Origin: Candidatus Velamenicoccus archaeovorus
GTDB taxonomy: Bacteria; Omnitrophota; Gorgyraeia; Velamenicoccales; Velamenicoccaceae
Reading direction: 5' to 3'
DNA length: 32,000 nt
NCBI RefSeq assembly: GCF_004102945.1
Contig: NZ_CP019384.1
Location: 990,001-1,022,000 of the forward strand
The notes under the pieces were generated by a model. That model had not been told where the DNA came from. It ran no database searches and saw only the letters and a list, made by a program, of their open reading frames with translations. Positions 23,744-32,000 of this stretch are shown piece after piece (position 1 is the first letter of the stretch; every line of letters begins with the position of its first letter). The translations under genes and the position numbers were made by a program.

Positions 23744-23974
23744 TCACACGCTGTCTTTATAATATGCCTTATAAAAGGGGCAGGTTTTACAAATGACCTT
23801 TTTGACGCTCAAGGGCAAGGGTGTTTTAAGGTCCATGCGGCAGCAAGGAATATCTACCAGCCAACAGCGCCATTCCTGCACCTCCCCCACCAAACACTCT
23901 TTTCTGGCCTCGGGCGAACAATGAAAAAATTCCCAACAACGCACATGATGGATCCCAGACGGTTGCTTCTTCAA
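23744..23974 (-). CDS. Small Cys-rich protein, two-CW-domain-like
   Basis: 76 aa with 8 Cys. TTG start at 23974 preceded by GAAGGAGG plus 5 nt (strong SD). The pattern CWEFFHC-x7-C-x10-CW-x5-CC-x19-CxxCPFY resembles the two-CW domain as I recall it. The stop is 1 nt before the carboxypeptidase ATG. Confidence 0.6.
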   Translation of the reverse strand: MKKQPSGIHHVRCWEFFHCSPEARKECLVGEVQEWRCWLVDIPCCRMDLKTPLPLSVKKVICKTCPFYKAYYKDSV

Positions 23975-24020
23975 GATGTCCTCCTTCGTCCTTGCTGCGG
24001 TATCCCAGACCCCTCAAACA

Positions 24021-24998
24021 TTATATTCTGTAGAGCGTCCCGTCGGCTGCGACCAAAACGGCTTTTGTGTCCGCAAACCGGCTCAGGAGCTTACGGCTTT
24101 TTTCCAATCCCAGGACGACACACGCCGTCGACAATACGTCTGAAGCCGTGGCATCGGGCGTGACGACGGTCGCCGAGACAATCCCGGACTGGACAGGATA
24201 GCCTGTTTTAGGATCGATGATGTGCGAATATCTCCTGCCGTTGATCTCGGCATATTGCTGATAGTCACCGGCGGTGGCCGCCGCCTTGTTGGTCAACGCG
24301 AGTTCATCCACGACCTTCCCTTCATGGAAAGGATCCTGGACGCCTACGCGCCACAGCGCACGGCGATTCCTCCCCAGGCAATAGACATTACCTCCGGCGT
24401 TGATCAAGGCAGAATCGATCCGCGCGTCTTTGAGCTTCCTGACAGCCCGATCCAGGGCAAACCCTTTGGCGATCCCTCCGAGATCGATACGCATGCCGCT
24501 CTTGAGCAGCACAACCTCTCTTGTCTTTGCGTCCAGATAAATGAAATCCGAACCCGCGAGCGACAAGGCCTGTACCACAGCTTCGGGAGCGGGCAATGTT
24601 TTCGAAGCGATGGCCTTCTTCCAAAGCATGGCTGCAGGCCCCACCGTGACGTCAAAGGCGCCGTCCGTGCGGCGGTAAAATTCCTGGGCCCGTTGAATGA
24701 TGTCAAATAACGGCTCCGAAACAACGGCCCTCTGGCTGCCATTCAGCCGCGACAATTCGCTGTCGCGGTCGAAAAGATTAAAGACCGCTTCCAGCTTCTT
24801 GAATTCATCGAACACGATCGCCGAGGCACGGACGTCGGGAGACTTGACCTCAACAAAAGTCCCCATGATAAATTGCGTCTCCTGGTATAACGGCTTCTGG
24901 CACCCCATCATCCCAAGGCACAGAGTACAGAAAATAATGGAACGACGGATATCACGCGATAAAAAAAACATCATTTTATTTCTCTTATTGTTTCTCAT
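24021..24998 (-). CDS. apbE: FAD:protein FMN transferase (ApbE family), probable lipoprotein
   Basis: 325 aa. Lipobox-like LGMMGC. IMGTFVEV, FDVTVGP, DLGGIAKGFALD and YSHIIDPKTGYP are ApbE family motifs. The start could also be Met9/Met10. Confidence 0.9.
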   Translation of the reverse strand: MRNNKRNKMMFFLSRDIRRSIIFCTLCLGMMGCQKPLYQETQFIMGTFVEVKSPDVRASAIVFDEFKKLEAVFNLFDRDSELSRLNGSQRAVVSEPLFDIIQRAQEFYRRTDGAFDVTVGPAAMLWKKAIASKTLPAPEAVVQALSLAGSDFIYLDAKTREVVLLKSGMRIDLGGIAKGFALDRAVRKLKDARIDSALINAGGNVYCLGRNRRALWRVGVQDPFHEGKVVDELALTNKAAATAGDYQQYAEINGRRYSHIIDPKTGYPVQSGIVSATVVTPDATASDVLSTACVVLGLEKSRKLLSRFADTKAVLVAADGTLYRI

Positions 24999-25010
24999 GA
25001 TTTTTATGAT

Positions 25011-26723
25011 TCATTTTTTAATCACTTTCAACAACGCTTCAAGGTCAAGCGTGTTGAGCACATTGTTTTTAGCAAGCCAGGCGCGGCGGCACAACCCCAC
25101 GCCGTAAGCCATATAGTCCAGGTGCGATATGTCGTGGGAATCCGTGCCGACCGCCAGACGCACCCCTTTTTCGGCGGCATGCCGGGCGTTGATGTCGGAC
25201 AAATCCATCCTGTAGGGATGGGCATTGATCTCGAGGGCGGTACCGGTGTCGCGCGCCGCGCGAAAAACCTCTTCCAGATCGATCTCATAAGGCCCTCGCG
25301 CCGGCCAGAGCCTGCCTGTCGGATGCGCCACAATATGCACGCGCTTGTTGGCGCACGCGCGGACGATCCGCCGCGTCAACTGCCTTTGCGACTGCTTGAA
25401 ACCCGAATGGATAGCCGCAATAACGATATCGAACTGCGAAAGGACCCTGTCCGGATAATCAAGATTCCCTTCTGCATCGATCTCGACCTCGCTGCCGAAT
25501 AGGAGACGAAAACCTTTCAGGCTCCGGTTGACACGGTCGATCTCACGGCGCTTCTGTTTCAATCTGGCCTCATCCAAGCCATGGGCCACTCTCAAGCTGA
25601 CGGAGTGGTCTGTCAGGCAGAGATATTCATATCCCAAAGACTTCGCCTTCTTCGCCATCTCGTGGACCGTGTTTTTCCCGTCCGAATAATTCGTGTGGGC
25701 ATGGAAATCGCCGCGGATATCGGAGAGCTTGACCAGGCGCGGGAGCCTATCCTCCATGGCCGCCTCCACTTCGCCCGCGTCCTCGCGTAATTCCGGCGCA
25801 ATAAAAGGCAGGCCGAGCTTTCGATACATCTCTTCTTCTGTCGCCGATGCCAGACGCCTGCCTTTCTTGTCAAAGATGCCGTATTCGTTGATCTTCCAGC
25901 CTTTCTTGATGGCCAGCTGCCTCAACCTGATGTTATGGCTTTTGGAACCGGTAAAATACAAGAGGGCTGCGCCGAACTCATCTTTAGGCACGATCCTGGC
26001 GTCCACCTGCACACCTTCTTGGGTCACGACGGCACACTTCGTCGCTCCGTGCGCCAGGACCATTTTGACAGGCGCAAGCCCTACAAAAACATCGGCGATG
26101 ACCTGAGGCTCTTTCGACGCGATAAGGATGTCCACGTCTCTCACCGCATCTTTCATGCGCCGCAACGATCCGGCCGCAGAGATCTCTTGCACTTCCCTGT
26201 GTTTCTTGAGCGCAGAGATAAAAGACACAGCCGCCGCGTTCGCCGTCAAGAGATCCATCGCTTCCCTGCCCTTTTCCAAAAGCTCTATCCCCTTGAGAAT
26301 ATTGTCGACGGTCTTTTGCCTGATCCCCGGCAGCTTCAAAAGCCTGCCGTCGCGTGCTGCGCGTCCGAGATCCCCCAAAGAGGCGATCTTAAACGTATCA
26401 AAGAATAATTTCGCCTTCTTGGGGCCTATGGACGGAACCTGCATCAACTCCAAGACTCCCCGAGGAACGCTTTCTTTGATCTTTTCGTATTCGGCAAACG
26501 TCCCGGTGGCTAAAATCTCCCTGACCTTCGAAGCCAAATCCATGCCGATACCGGGGATATTTTCCAAAGAGCCTTCCCGGACGCGGCCGGCGATATCATC
26601 CTCCAGGGCCGCGATATTGTCCGCGGCTTTACGGTACGCCCTGACACGGAACGGATTCTCCCCTTTGATTTCAAGAAAATCCGCCATGGCGCGAAAGAGG
26701 TTTATGACAAGGTCATTCTTCAC
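25011..26723 (-). CDS. polX: Family X DNA polymerase with C-terminal PHP domain
   Basis: 570 aa. GTG start in a GTGA overlap with the MFS gene stop. N-terminal FLEIKGENPFRVRAYRKAADNI (8-kDa/HhH region), the Pol-beta-like core, then the PHP domain GDFHAHTNYSDG...TDHS...GTDSH. Confidence 0.92.
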   Translation of the reverse strand: MKNDLVINLFRAMADFLEIKGENPFRVRAYRKAADNIAALEDDIAGRVREGSLENIPGIGMDLASKVREILATGTFAEYEKIKESVPRGVLELMQVPSIGPKKAKLFFDTFKIASLGDLGRAARDGRLLKLPGIRQKTVDNILKGIELLEKGREAMDLLTANAAAVSFISALKKHREVQEISAAGSLRRMKDAVRDVDILIASKEPQVIADVFVGLAPVKMVLAHGATKCAVVTQEGVQVDARIVPKDEFGAALLYFTGSKSHNIRLRQLAIKKGWKINEYGIFDKKGRRLASATEEEMYRKLGLPFIAPELREDAGEVEAAMEDRLPRLVKLSDIRGDFHAHTNYSDGKNTVHEMAKKAKSLGYEYLCLTDHSVSLRVAHGLDEARLKQKRREIDRVNRSLKGFRLLFGSEVEIDAEGNLDYPDRVLSQFDIVIAAIHSGFKQSQRQLTRRIVRACANKRVHIVAHPTGRLWPARGPYEIDLEEVFRAARDTGTALEINAHPYRMDLSDINARHAAEKGVRLAVGTDSHDISHLDYMAYGVGLCRRAWLAKNNVLNTLDLEALLKVIKK

Positions 26724-27988
26724 GAATACGCCCTTTCCTCAAAAGCCTGCCTGTCCGACAGGAACCGTCTCGAAAAAGGCCAATAGACCAATATGCTCGC
26801 GAGGGCCGCAAAGAATACGACTTCCTGAACGCCGAACGCTTGAGCGAGCAACCCAAAAAGGAGGTTGCCGAAAGGAATAAACCCCATGAACATCATCATG
26901 AACAATCCCATGATACGGCCCCTGTGGTGATCGGGGATAGAAAGCTGGATCATCGAATTGACCAGGGCCATGCCGCCGGAGATCCCAATCCCTGCCAATA
27001 CCAGAAGGATGCAAGACGCCCACATGTTCCTGGAGACGGAGAAGGCCATCGCCGACAAAAAGAACACGATCACAGACAAGCGCAACAGACGAAATCTGGC
27101 GAGTTCGTTCTTCAGCCGGGCGACGTTTAAAACACCGATCAGCGCCCCGACACCGCTGGAAGACATCAATATCGCCAACCCCATGGCGCCGGAGCCGAGG
27201 ACTTCCTGCGCAAAGATCGGCATCAAGACCACATAGGATACGCCGAAGGTGCTGACCAAGCCGACCAGGGCCAGCAAAAAAAGCAGAAACCGGTTATGCC
27301 TGACGAGAAGCACGGATTCGCGGATATCCGAAAAAACGGACGCCTGGTTTTTACGCACGGCGGCGGGACGCGGCTTGATCAGCGCCAGCGCCGCCAGGAC
27401 AGGCAAATAGCTGACGGCATTGGCGAAAAAACATCCCGACATGCCGATCAGGGCGATCAAGAGGCCCGCGACAGCCGGTCCGATGATGCGGGCGGAATTA
27501 AAGGCCGCCGAGTTCAAGGCAATCGCATTCATCAAATGCTGACGGCCCACAAGCTCCACGACCATCGCCTGTCTCGTCGGTGAATCGAAACTCAGGATAA
27601 AACCGTTAATCGTGGCCATCATGATGACATGCCAGATCCTGACGGTCCCCGTCCACACCAGAAAGGCAAGAACCAGAGCCAGGATGGTAAAACAGGATTG
27701 TGTCACCAACAGGAGGTTACGTTTAACGCTGCGGTCAACATAGACACCCGCTGCCAGGGCAAAAAAAGACACAGGCAGATAACTCAGGAAGCCCGTCAAA
27801 CCCATCAGAAAAGCAGAGTGCGTCAGGCGGAACACCAGCCAGCTCTGGGCCATGGTCTGCACCCAGCTGCCGATCAAAGAAACAAACATCGAAACCCAAT
27901 AAATCCGAAACTCGCGGACGCGCAAAGAAGAAAACATGTTCTCAATCTGCTCATAACGTGCGGCCTGCGGCAGCACCGGATGCGGCAC
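26720..27988 (-). CDS. MFS transporter (MFS_3 / enterobactin-exporter-like)
   Basis: About 12 TM helices. LRVREFRIYWVSMFVSLIGSW is a typical N-terminus for this MFS subgroup. The track start is GTG 27988; ATG 27937 (MFSSLRVREF...) is probably the true start. Confidence 0.85.
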   Translation of the reverse strand: MPHPVLPQAARYEQIENMFSSLRVREFRIYWVSMFVSLIGSWVQTMAQSWLVFRLTHSAFLMGLTGFLSYLPVSFFALAAGVYVDRSVKRNLLLVTQSCFTILALVLAFLVWTGTVRIWHVIMMATINGFILSFDSPTRQAMVVELVGRQHLMNAIALNSAAFNSARIIGPAVAGLLIALIGMSGCFFANAVSYLPVLAALALIKPRPAAVRKNQASVFSDIRESVLLVRHNRFLLFLLALVGLVSTFGVSYVVLMPIFAQEVLGSGAMGLAILMSSSGVGALIGVLNVARLKNELARFRLLRLSVIVFFLSAMAFSVSRNMWASCILLVLAGIGISGGMALVNSMIQLSIPDHHRGRIMGLFMMMFMGFIPFGNLLFGLLAQAFGVQEVVFFAALASILVYWPFSRRFLSDRQAFEERAYS

Positions 27989-27989
27989 G

Positions 27990-28697
27990 CTAATAACCTA
28001 TGAAATCCTCTGTGATGATCCTGTCTTCCTGGACGGCAAGCTTGTTCATCAGCATCTTGCGCATGGCGTCGACCATGGCAGGCGGACCGCAGGAATAGAA
28101 GATCCTTTCAGGATAATCCTGGATCTCCTGGCGCACCAGATCGTCATCAATATAGCCCTTAAAGCACCCTTCGATCTTTTCGGAACATTCCGTCAGGGTA
28201 TAGACGATCCTGAGACGGTCGTTCTCCTTTTGCATCGCCGATAACTCGTTACGGAAGATCAAATACTCCGGCGTGCGGCTGGAATACAAAAGGACGAGAC
28301 TCGACGGCAACTTCATATCCGTCGCGTATTTGAAAATACTGCGCACCGGCGTGATACCGATGCCGCCGATCAAAAATGCGGCCTTGGGATACTGGCCGGT
28401 AAATGTAAATTTCCCCATAGGGAACCGCACAGCGCATGCTTGACCCACCTGCAGGGACTCCAAGGCCCTGGAAAAAGGACTATTGCTGAGTTTCTTCGTG
28501 AACTGGATGAACCCCTTTTCGGTCGGAGAACTCGAAATAGAAAAAGCCTTGGAGACCGGACGCCCGGCTATCGTGAGCGTCAAGACCAGATACTGTCCCG
28601 GCTCATATGGGACATCCTCTTCCAGGGAAAAACGGAACGTCTTGACATCGCAGCACTGCGTGACGATCTCCATAAGTTCCAACTGACGGTTATCCAT
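27990..28697 (-). CDS. FNR-like FAD/NAD(P)-binding oxidoreductase (ferredoxin-reductase-type domain pair, no Fe-S domain)
   Basis: 235 aa from ATG 28697 (the track start at 28712 is TTG). FAD motif KAFSISS (RxYS-type), NAD motif FLIGGIGITP, C-terminal CGPPAM. Confidence 0.85.
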   Translation of the reverse strand: MDNRQLELMEIVTQCCDVKTFRFSLEEDVPYEPGQYLVLTLTIAGRPVSKAFSISSSPTEKGFIQFTKKLSNSPFSRALESLQVGQACAVRFPMGKFTFTGQYPKAAFLIGGIGITPVRSIFKYATDMKLPSSLVLLYSSRTPEYLIFRNELSAMQKENDRLRIVYTLTECSEKIEGCFKGYIDDDLVRQEIQDYPERIFYSCGPPAMVDAMRKMLMNKLAVQEDRIITEDFIGY

Positions 28698-28708
28698 GAA
28701 TCCGCCTT

Positions 28709-29716
28709 TCAAAGTTCCTTTTGCGTCCGGCCGATCAACCGTTTCATGTCATGCCTGCCAATGAAACACCCGGCCACGTCCGGATGGCCGCCGCCGCCGA
28801 ATTCCTCGGCGATCCGGCCGACATTGACGAGCCCCTTGGACCTGAGACTGACACGCCACCGGCCGTCGAACATCTGCCGGAACAAAAGGATCGCCTTGAT
28901 GTCCTTGAGCGTCCTTATCTGATCGGCAATGGGATCGACATCCTCTTCGTTCGCCTTCAGCCGCTTGAGGTCGGATGCCCTGACATAGGTCACCGCCAGC
29001 CGGCCGCGATTATAAAAACGGACGCGCGAAAAACAAATACCCAGGAGCATCGCCTCCTGACGCGTACGGCTCCAATAACTCTTCTCCACAAGCTGGTAAT
29101 AATTAACCCCCCTGGAAATCAACTCGGCACAGATCCTGAAGGTATCCGCCGTAATGGTCGGAAGCCTGAAAGAACCCGTCTCCACGATAATGGACACCAG
29201 AAGGCAAACCGCCATCTTCCTGTCGGGCGAAAGCCCCAGCATGCGGACGAGACGGTAGACGATCTCGCCGACAGCGGCAGCCTTCTTATCGATGATCTTT
29301 AAATTGGCGAACGGTTTGCGAAAGGTATGATGATCGATCTCGACCGCCTGCTTCGCCTTCAGAAAAACGTCCTCATGGAATTTTCCCAGCTGGACCCAAG
29401 AAGCGCAATCAAGGGCAATAGCCAGATCGAAAGGCGAGCTGTTCTCAGGCTTGAGACGAATAGAACTGTAATGAGGCAGGAAACGGTAACGCGCGGGCAA
29501 TGCGCTCGGGGAAAACAATGTCACGTCTTTCTTGAGACGTTGGAGCGCCAGCGCCAACCCTGTCATCGATCCCAAGGCGTCACCGTCAGGAAACATATGT
29601 ACGCACACCGCAATCCTTCCGGCCTTCCTGATGGCTTGTGCCACGCCCCGGTAATCTTCGATCTTCTGCACGCGGCCTCCGTTTCCACCCATCATTCCCA
29701 TGCTCGCCGCCCTCAC
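28709..29716 (-). CDS. nrnA: DHH/DHHA1 phosphoesterase, NrnA-like (oligoribonuclease / pAp phosphatase)
   Basis: H[10 protein letters not shown], IDHHTF (DHH motif) and [10 protein letters not shown] (DHHA1 GGGH motif). The start is either GTG 29716 (GTGA overlap with the upstream stop) or ATG 29701. Confidence 0.85.
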   Translation of the reverse strand: MRAASMGMMGGNGGRVQKIEDYRGVAQAIRKAGRIAVCVHMFPDGDALGSMTGLALALQRLKKDVTLFSPSALPARYRFLPHYSSIRLKPENSSPFDLAIALDCASWVQLGKFHEDVFLKAKQAVEIDHHTFRKPFANLKIIDKKAAAVGEIVYRLVRMLGLSPDRKMAVCLLVSIIVETGSFRLPTITADTFRICAELISRGVNYYQLVEKSYWSRTRQEAMLLGICFSRVRFYNRGRLAVTYVRASDLKRLKANEEDVDPIADQIRTLKDIKAILLFRQMFDGRWRVSLRSKGLVNVGRIAEEFGGGGHPDVAGCFIGRHDMKRLIGRTQKEL

Positions 29717-30150
29717 TCCCCCAAGACCTTCACAAGGATCCTCTTTTTCCTTTGGCCGTCGAATTCTCCGTAAAAGATCTGTTCCCAGGGGCCAAAGTCA
29801 AGCTTGCCCTTGGTGACGGCCACAACGACCTCCCGGCCCATGACCGTCCTCTTCAGATGCGCGTCTGCGTTGTCTTCACCGGTCAAGTTATGCTGATACC
29901 TGTCTTTGCCGTAAGGGGCGAGCTTCTCCAGCCAAAGGCCGAAATCCCGATGCAGACCTGATTCGTCGTCATTGATAAAAACAGACGCCGTGATGTGCAT
30001 CGCGTTCACCAGGCACAATCCTTCCTTGACGCCGCTCTTGGCGACGATCTCCCCGACGTCGGACGTGATATTGATAAACTCCTGCCTGTTCTTCGTCTGA
30101 AACCAGAGATATTCCGTATAGGATCTCATGATTCTAACTCGTTGACTCAT
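29713..30150 (-). CDS. YjbQ/UPF0047 family protein (secondary thiamine-phosphate synthase type)
   Basis: 145 aa. [42 protein letters not shown] and [15 protein letters not shown] match the YjbQ family pattern. ATGA overlap with the upstream gene. Confidence 0.85.
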   Translation of the reverse strand: MSQRVRIMRSYTEYLWFQTKNRQEFINITSDVGEIVAKSGVKEGLCLVNAMHITASVFINDDESGLHRDFGLWLEKLAPYGKDRYQHNLTGEDNADAHLKRTVMGREVVVAVTKGKLDFGPWEQIFYGEFDGQRKKRILVKVLGE

Positions 30151-30455
30151 TTAACAGGGTAAACCCGCCAACCCGTCAATTCTCTCTTGTATGCACACTG
30201 ATACGAACCCGCCCAGGAACCGGAGATGACATTGCGCACGGGAACGCAAAGGAATTCGTTGCCGTGAACCGTCCGGCGCAGCCCAAAACGGTCCTCATAA
30301 ATGCGGCAATAATAGCGGCCGTCTTCGCCGCACACAAGCTCGGAGCAGGGGTCTTTCTCAAACAGCCCGCAACAAGCGCCGCAGCGTTTACACAAAGCTT
30401 CGTGATGCTCGGCGGATTTTTTCAAATACAACTCGTAGGAAGCTTCCTCATTCAT
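30147..30455 (-). CDS. CxxCxxCC-motif putative zinc/iron-chelating protein (YkgJ / UPF0153-like)
   Basis: 102 aa from ATG 30455 (ATGA overlap with the upstream stop). CKRCGACCG followed by further Cys ([18 protein letters not shown]). The track's 35-codon extension lies inside the upstream gene. Confidence 0.7.
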   Translation of the reverse strand: MNEEASYELYLKKSAEHHEALCKRCGACCGLFEKDPCSELVCGEDGRYYCRIYEDRFGLRRTVHGNEFLCVPVRNVISGSWAGSYQCAYKRELTGWRVYPVK

Positions 30456-30883
30456 ATGCGACCCATTCTTATGCCGGGCTTCCAATACACGCACTTGACA
30501 GAAGCGTTTTCTGTTATCTTGATGTCCGTTTCTTCTCCCAAGGCCACGACACCGTGCCAAAGGCCCTTTTTAAGAATAACAGGCTTGTCGAGAAGGAAAC
30601 ACCTGATATCCGCGACTCTGCGCCTGCGGGCCACAAAAAGAAGCGCGCGCCCCTTGACCGGCTCAAAGCTTTCCAGGGAACCCGGATGCTGTTCCAGTCT
30701 ATCTATAACTCTATCACGCACAACAAGATAGGCGATTCTCCAGCCCGTATGAGGCTGACGCACAACAATCCTGAATAGATTACGGCGGCCGGAAGCCGAC
30801 CGGCGAGGATAATCGATGATCCGGCCGTAAGGCTTAAAATAAGACTCTTTAATGGAAAAAATACGCTGTTTTTGGAATGTCAT
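30452..30883 (-). CDS. Ureidoglycolate-lyase (AllA)-like cupin-fold protein
   Basis: 143 aa. FKPYGRIID, LEQHPGSLESFEPVKG and GLWHG parallel the AllA pattern (F..YG..I ... ERHP...Q.F.P..G ... WH). Confidence 0.6.
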   Translation of the reverse strand: MTFQKQRIFSIKESYFKPYGRIIDYPRRSASGRRNLFRIVVRQPHTGWRIAYLVVRDRVIDRLEQHPGSLESFEPVKGRALLFVARRRRVADIRCFLLDKPVILKKGLWHGVVALGEETDIKITENASVKCVYWKPGIRMGRI

Positions 30884-30891
30884 ATCTCTTT

Positions 30892-30920
30892 ATATTACCG
30901 AAAACATCCGGATTTTACAA
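30892..30920 (-). promoter_or_regulatory. Candidate sigma-70 promoter for the cupin-to-FNR gene train
   Basis: Minus strand: TTGTAA (30920..30915), 17-nt spacer, TAATAT (30897..30892). Only 8 nt separate the -10 from the ATG at 30883, which implies a leaderless mRNA or one with almost no 5' leader. Confidence 0.4.
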
Positions 30921-30948
30921 GACGAGTTTTTTCGGACGGGACGGCGGG

Positions 30949-31629
30949 TTAGGCGGGGAAATTCATGTATTTGTCCCAGAAACGGTATAATTCCCGCGTC
31001 GCAAAGACATCCCTGAGACAATAACGGGCAATGTCGCCGTGACGGCCGTCATGGAACAAGGCCTTGACATCAAGACCGGTCACGCCGTCTTCCTTGGGAC
31101 TCTTGATGCCGAAGGCATGACACCAGACGTGAAGGCTAAAGCGCCTGCGGACAGCGCCTAAAAACGTCAGCTTCTCCATCAGGTCGATATGCATGTTGGA
31201 GCGGTAACGGTCAGGCATCAGGTTCTTCGTGGCCTTCAGTTGGTTGATGGCGGACCGCACGAGGATGAAAGGACAATCGAAACCGCGGCCGTTGAACGTG
31301 ATGAAAGCATCATATTTCGAGAGACGGGACCAGAAGAGCTCCAGGAGCTGTTTCTCATTGGGGACGGAAAAATATTCCGCCTCTCCTTCCATGATCCGCT
31401 CAGGCTGCTTGCCGGGGACCTGGTAATACACAAAGGCCTTGTCCGTTTCAAGCTCCAGCATCGCGATCGTCACGATCTGCGCCGTCACAGGATAAAAACT
31501 CAGGGAATCGCGGACCTCCTGCTCTTCCTCGTCTGTCTTGGCGAATTTCAGCAGATACTCCTGCGTGCCCTTGTCGAACGCGTCTAATTCCGCTCCTACT
31601 GTCTCGATATCAAAAATAATCTTTGCCAT
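30949..31629 (-). CDS. RNase-H-fold 3'-5' exonuclease, PolB-exonuclease-domain-like (YprB-type)
   Basis: 226 aa. Exo I motif IIFDIETVG. FITFNGRGFDCPFI (Exo II-like). Late H....D (HDGRHGDIARYCLRDV, Exo III-like). Confidence 0.75.
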   Translation of the reverse strand: MAKIIFDIETVGAELDAFDKGTQEYLLKFAKTDEEEQEVRDSLSFYPVTAQIVTIAMLELETDKAFVYYQVPGKQPERIMEGEAEYFSVPNEKQLLELFWSRLSKYDAFITFNGRGFDCPFILVRSAINQLKATKNLMPDRYRSNMHIDLMEKLTFLGAVRRRFSLHVWCHAFGIKSPKEDGVTGLDVKALFHDGRHGDIARYCLRDVFATRELYRFWDKYMNFPA

Positions 31630-32000
31630 TGTCCATCTCGAAGTAATCCGTCAGTTTACGATAAAGTTCATCCTTATCCATCCGGCGCGTTCCGGTCTGA
31701 TCAAGCGCGAACCCCTCATCTTCATACCACGCATAATCGGTCCGGATCTTCTCCAATACCCTCGGCTCCGAGACAAAACGCGACAGCCGGTTAAAACTGC
31801 TCATCCCGCCGTTGCGGCCCTCGTTATGCAGAGAAAAATGCAGATATTTTCTGGCGCGCGTGACCGCCACATAAAGGAGCCGCCGCTCTTCCTCGATCGC
31901 CTCCTCGTCGTCAAGCGCATAAGACACTGGGATGCTGCCGTCGACCAGGGCGATCACGAAGACGACCTCCCACTCCAGACCCTTGGCGGAGTGGACCGTC
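31610..32000 (-). CDS. UvrD/PcrA/Rep-type superfamily-1 helicase, C-terminal part (gene continues past the right edge)
   Basis: The reading frame is open to the window edge. Translation reads TVHSAKGLEWEVVFVIALVDGSIP...EEERRLLYVAVTRARKYLHF, which is helicase motifs V/VI. The track's Met at 31957 is an internal GTG. Confidence 0.85.
   Translation of the reverse strand, partial: TVHSAKGLEWEVVFVIALVDGSIPVSYALDDEEAIEEERRLLYVAVTRARKYLHFSLHNEGRNGGMSSFNRLSRFVSEPRVLEKIRTDYAWYEDEGFALDQTGTRRMDKDELYRKLTDYFEMDNGKDYF

Overview
Bacterial window, apparently from a diderm organism (it encodes an outer-membrane beta-barrel protein ending in Phe). Taxon cannot be assigned from sequence alone. Every gene I can support (34 CDS and 1 tRNA) is on the minus strand, tightly packed, with many 4-bp ATGA/GTGA start-stop overlaps. 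The long plus-strand ORFs in the track are antisense shadows. The ORF track also counts TTG/GTG as starts, so several minus-strand ORFs carry spurious N-terminal extensions. I trimmed these using stop/start overlaps and Shine-Dalgarno sequences.

The main feature is a 10-kb, 12-gene operon (3223..13113) for a membrane-bound group-4 [NiFe]-hydrogenase. It has homologues of all 11 core complex I subunits (NuoA, B, C, D, H, I, J, K, L, M, N) plus a maturation endopeptidase. The NuoD-like subunit keeps both CxxC nickel-iron ligand pairs and has a cleavable-looking C-terminal tail. The NuoL-like subunit has a complex-I-type lateral-helix C-terminus. There is no NuoEFG, MrpEFG, formate dehydrogenase or CODH partner in the window.

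Upstream of the operon is a hairpin-dense 0.5-kb non-coding stretch next to tRNA-Arg(CCT). It contains a 17-bp duplication of the tRNA 3' end and a second duplicated 21-mer.

Other content:
- Partial GH57 gene, porin-like OMP, PHP phosphoesterase, apt.
- A sigma-70-family factor immediately followed (TAAATG) by a LacI-type ligand-binding domain protein with no HTH.
- ppdK, glyQS, panB, an alpha/beta hydrolase, a DD-carboxypeptidase.
- A 76-aa Cys-rich two-CW-like protein, apbE, polX, an MFS transporter.
- An overlapping gene train: AllA-like cupin, CxxCxxCC protein, YjbQ, NrnA-like DHH, FNR-like reductase.
- A PolB-exo-like exonuclease overlapping the 3' end of a UvrD-type helicase gene that runs off the right edge.

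No CRISPR array, transposase, integrase or rRNA was seen. All family assignments come from motif recognition by eye and were not checked against any database.
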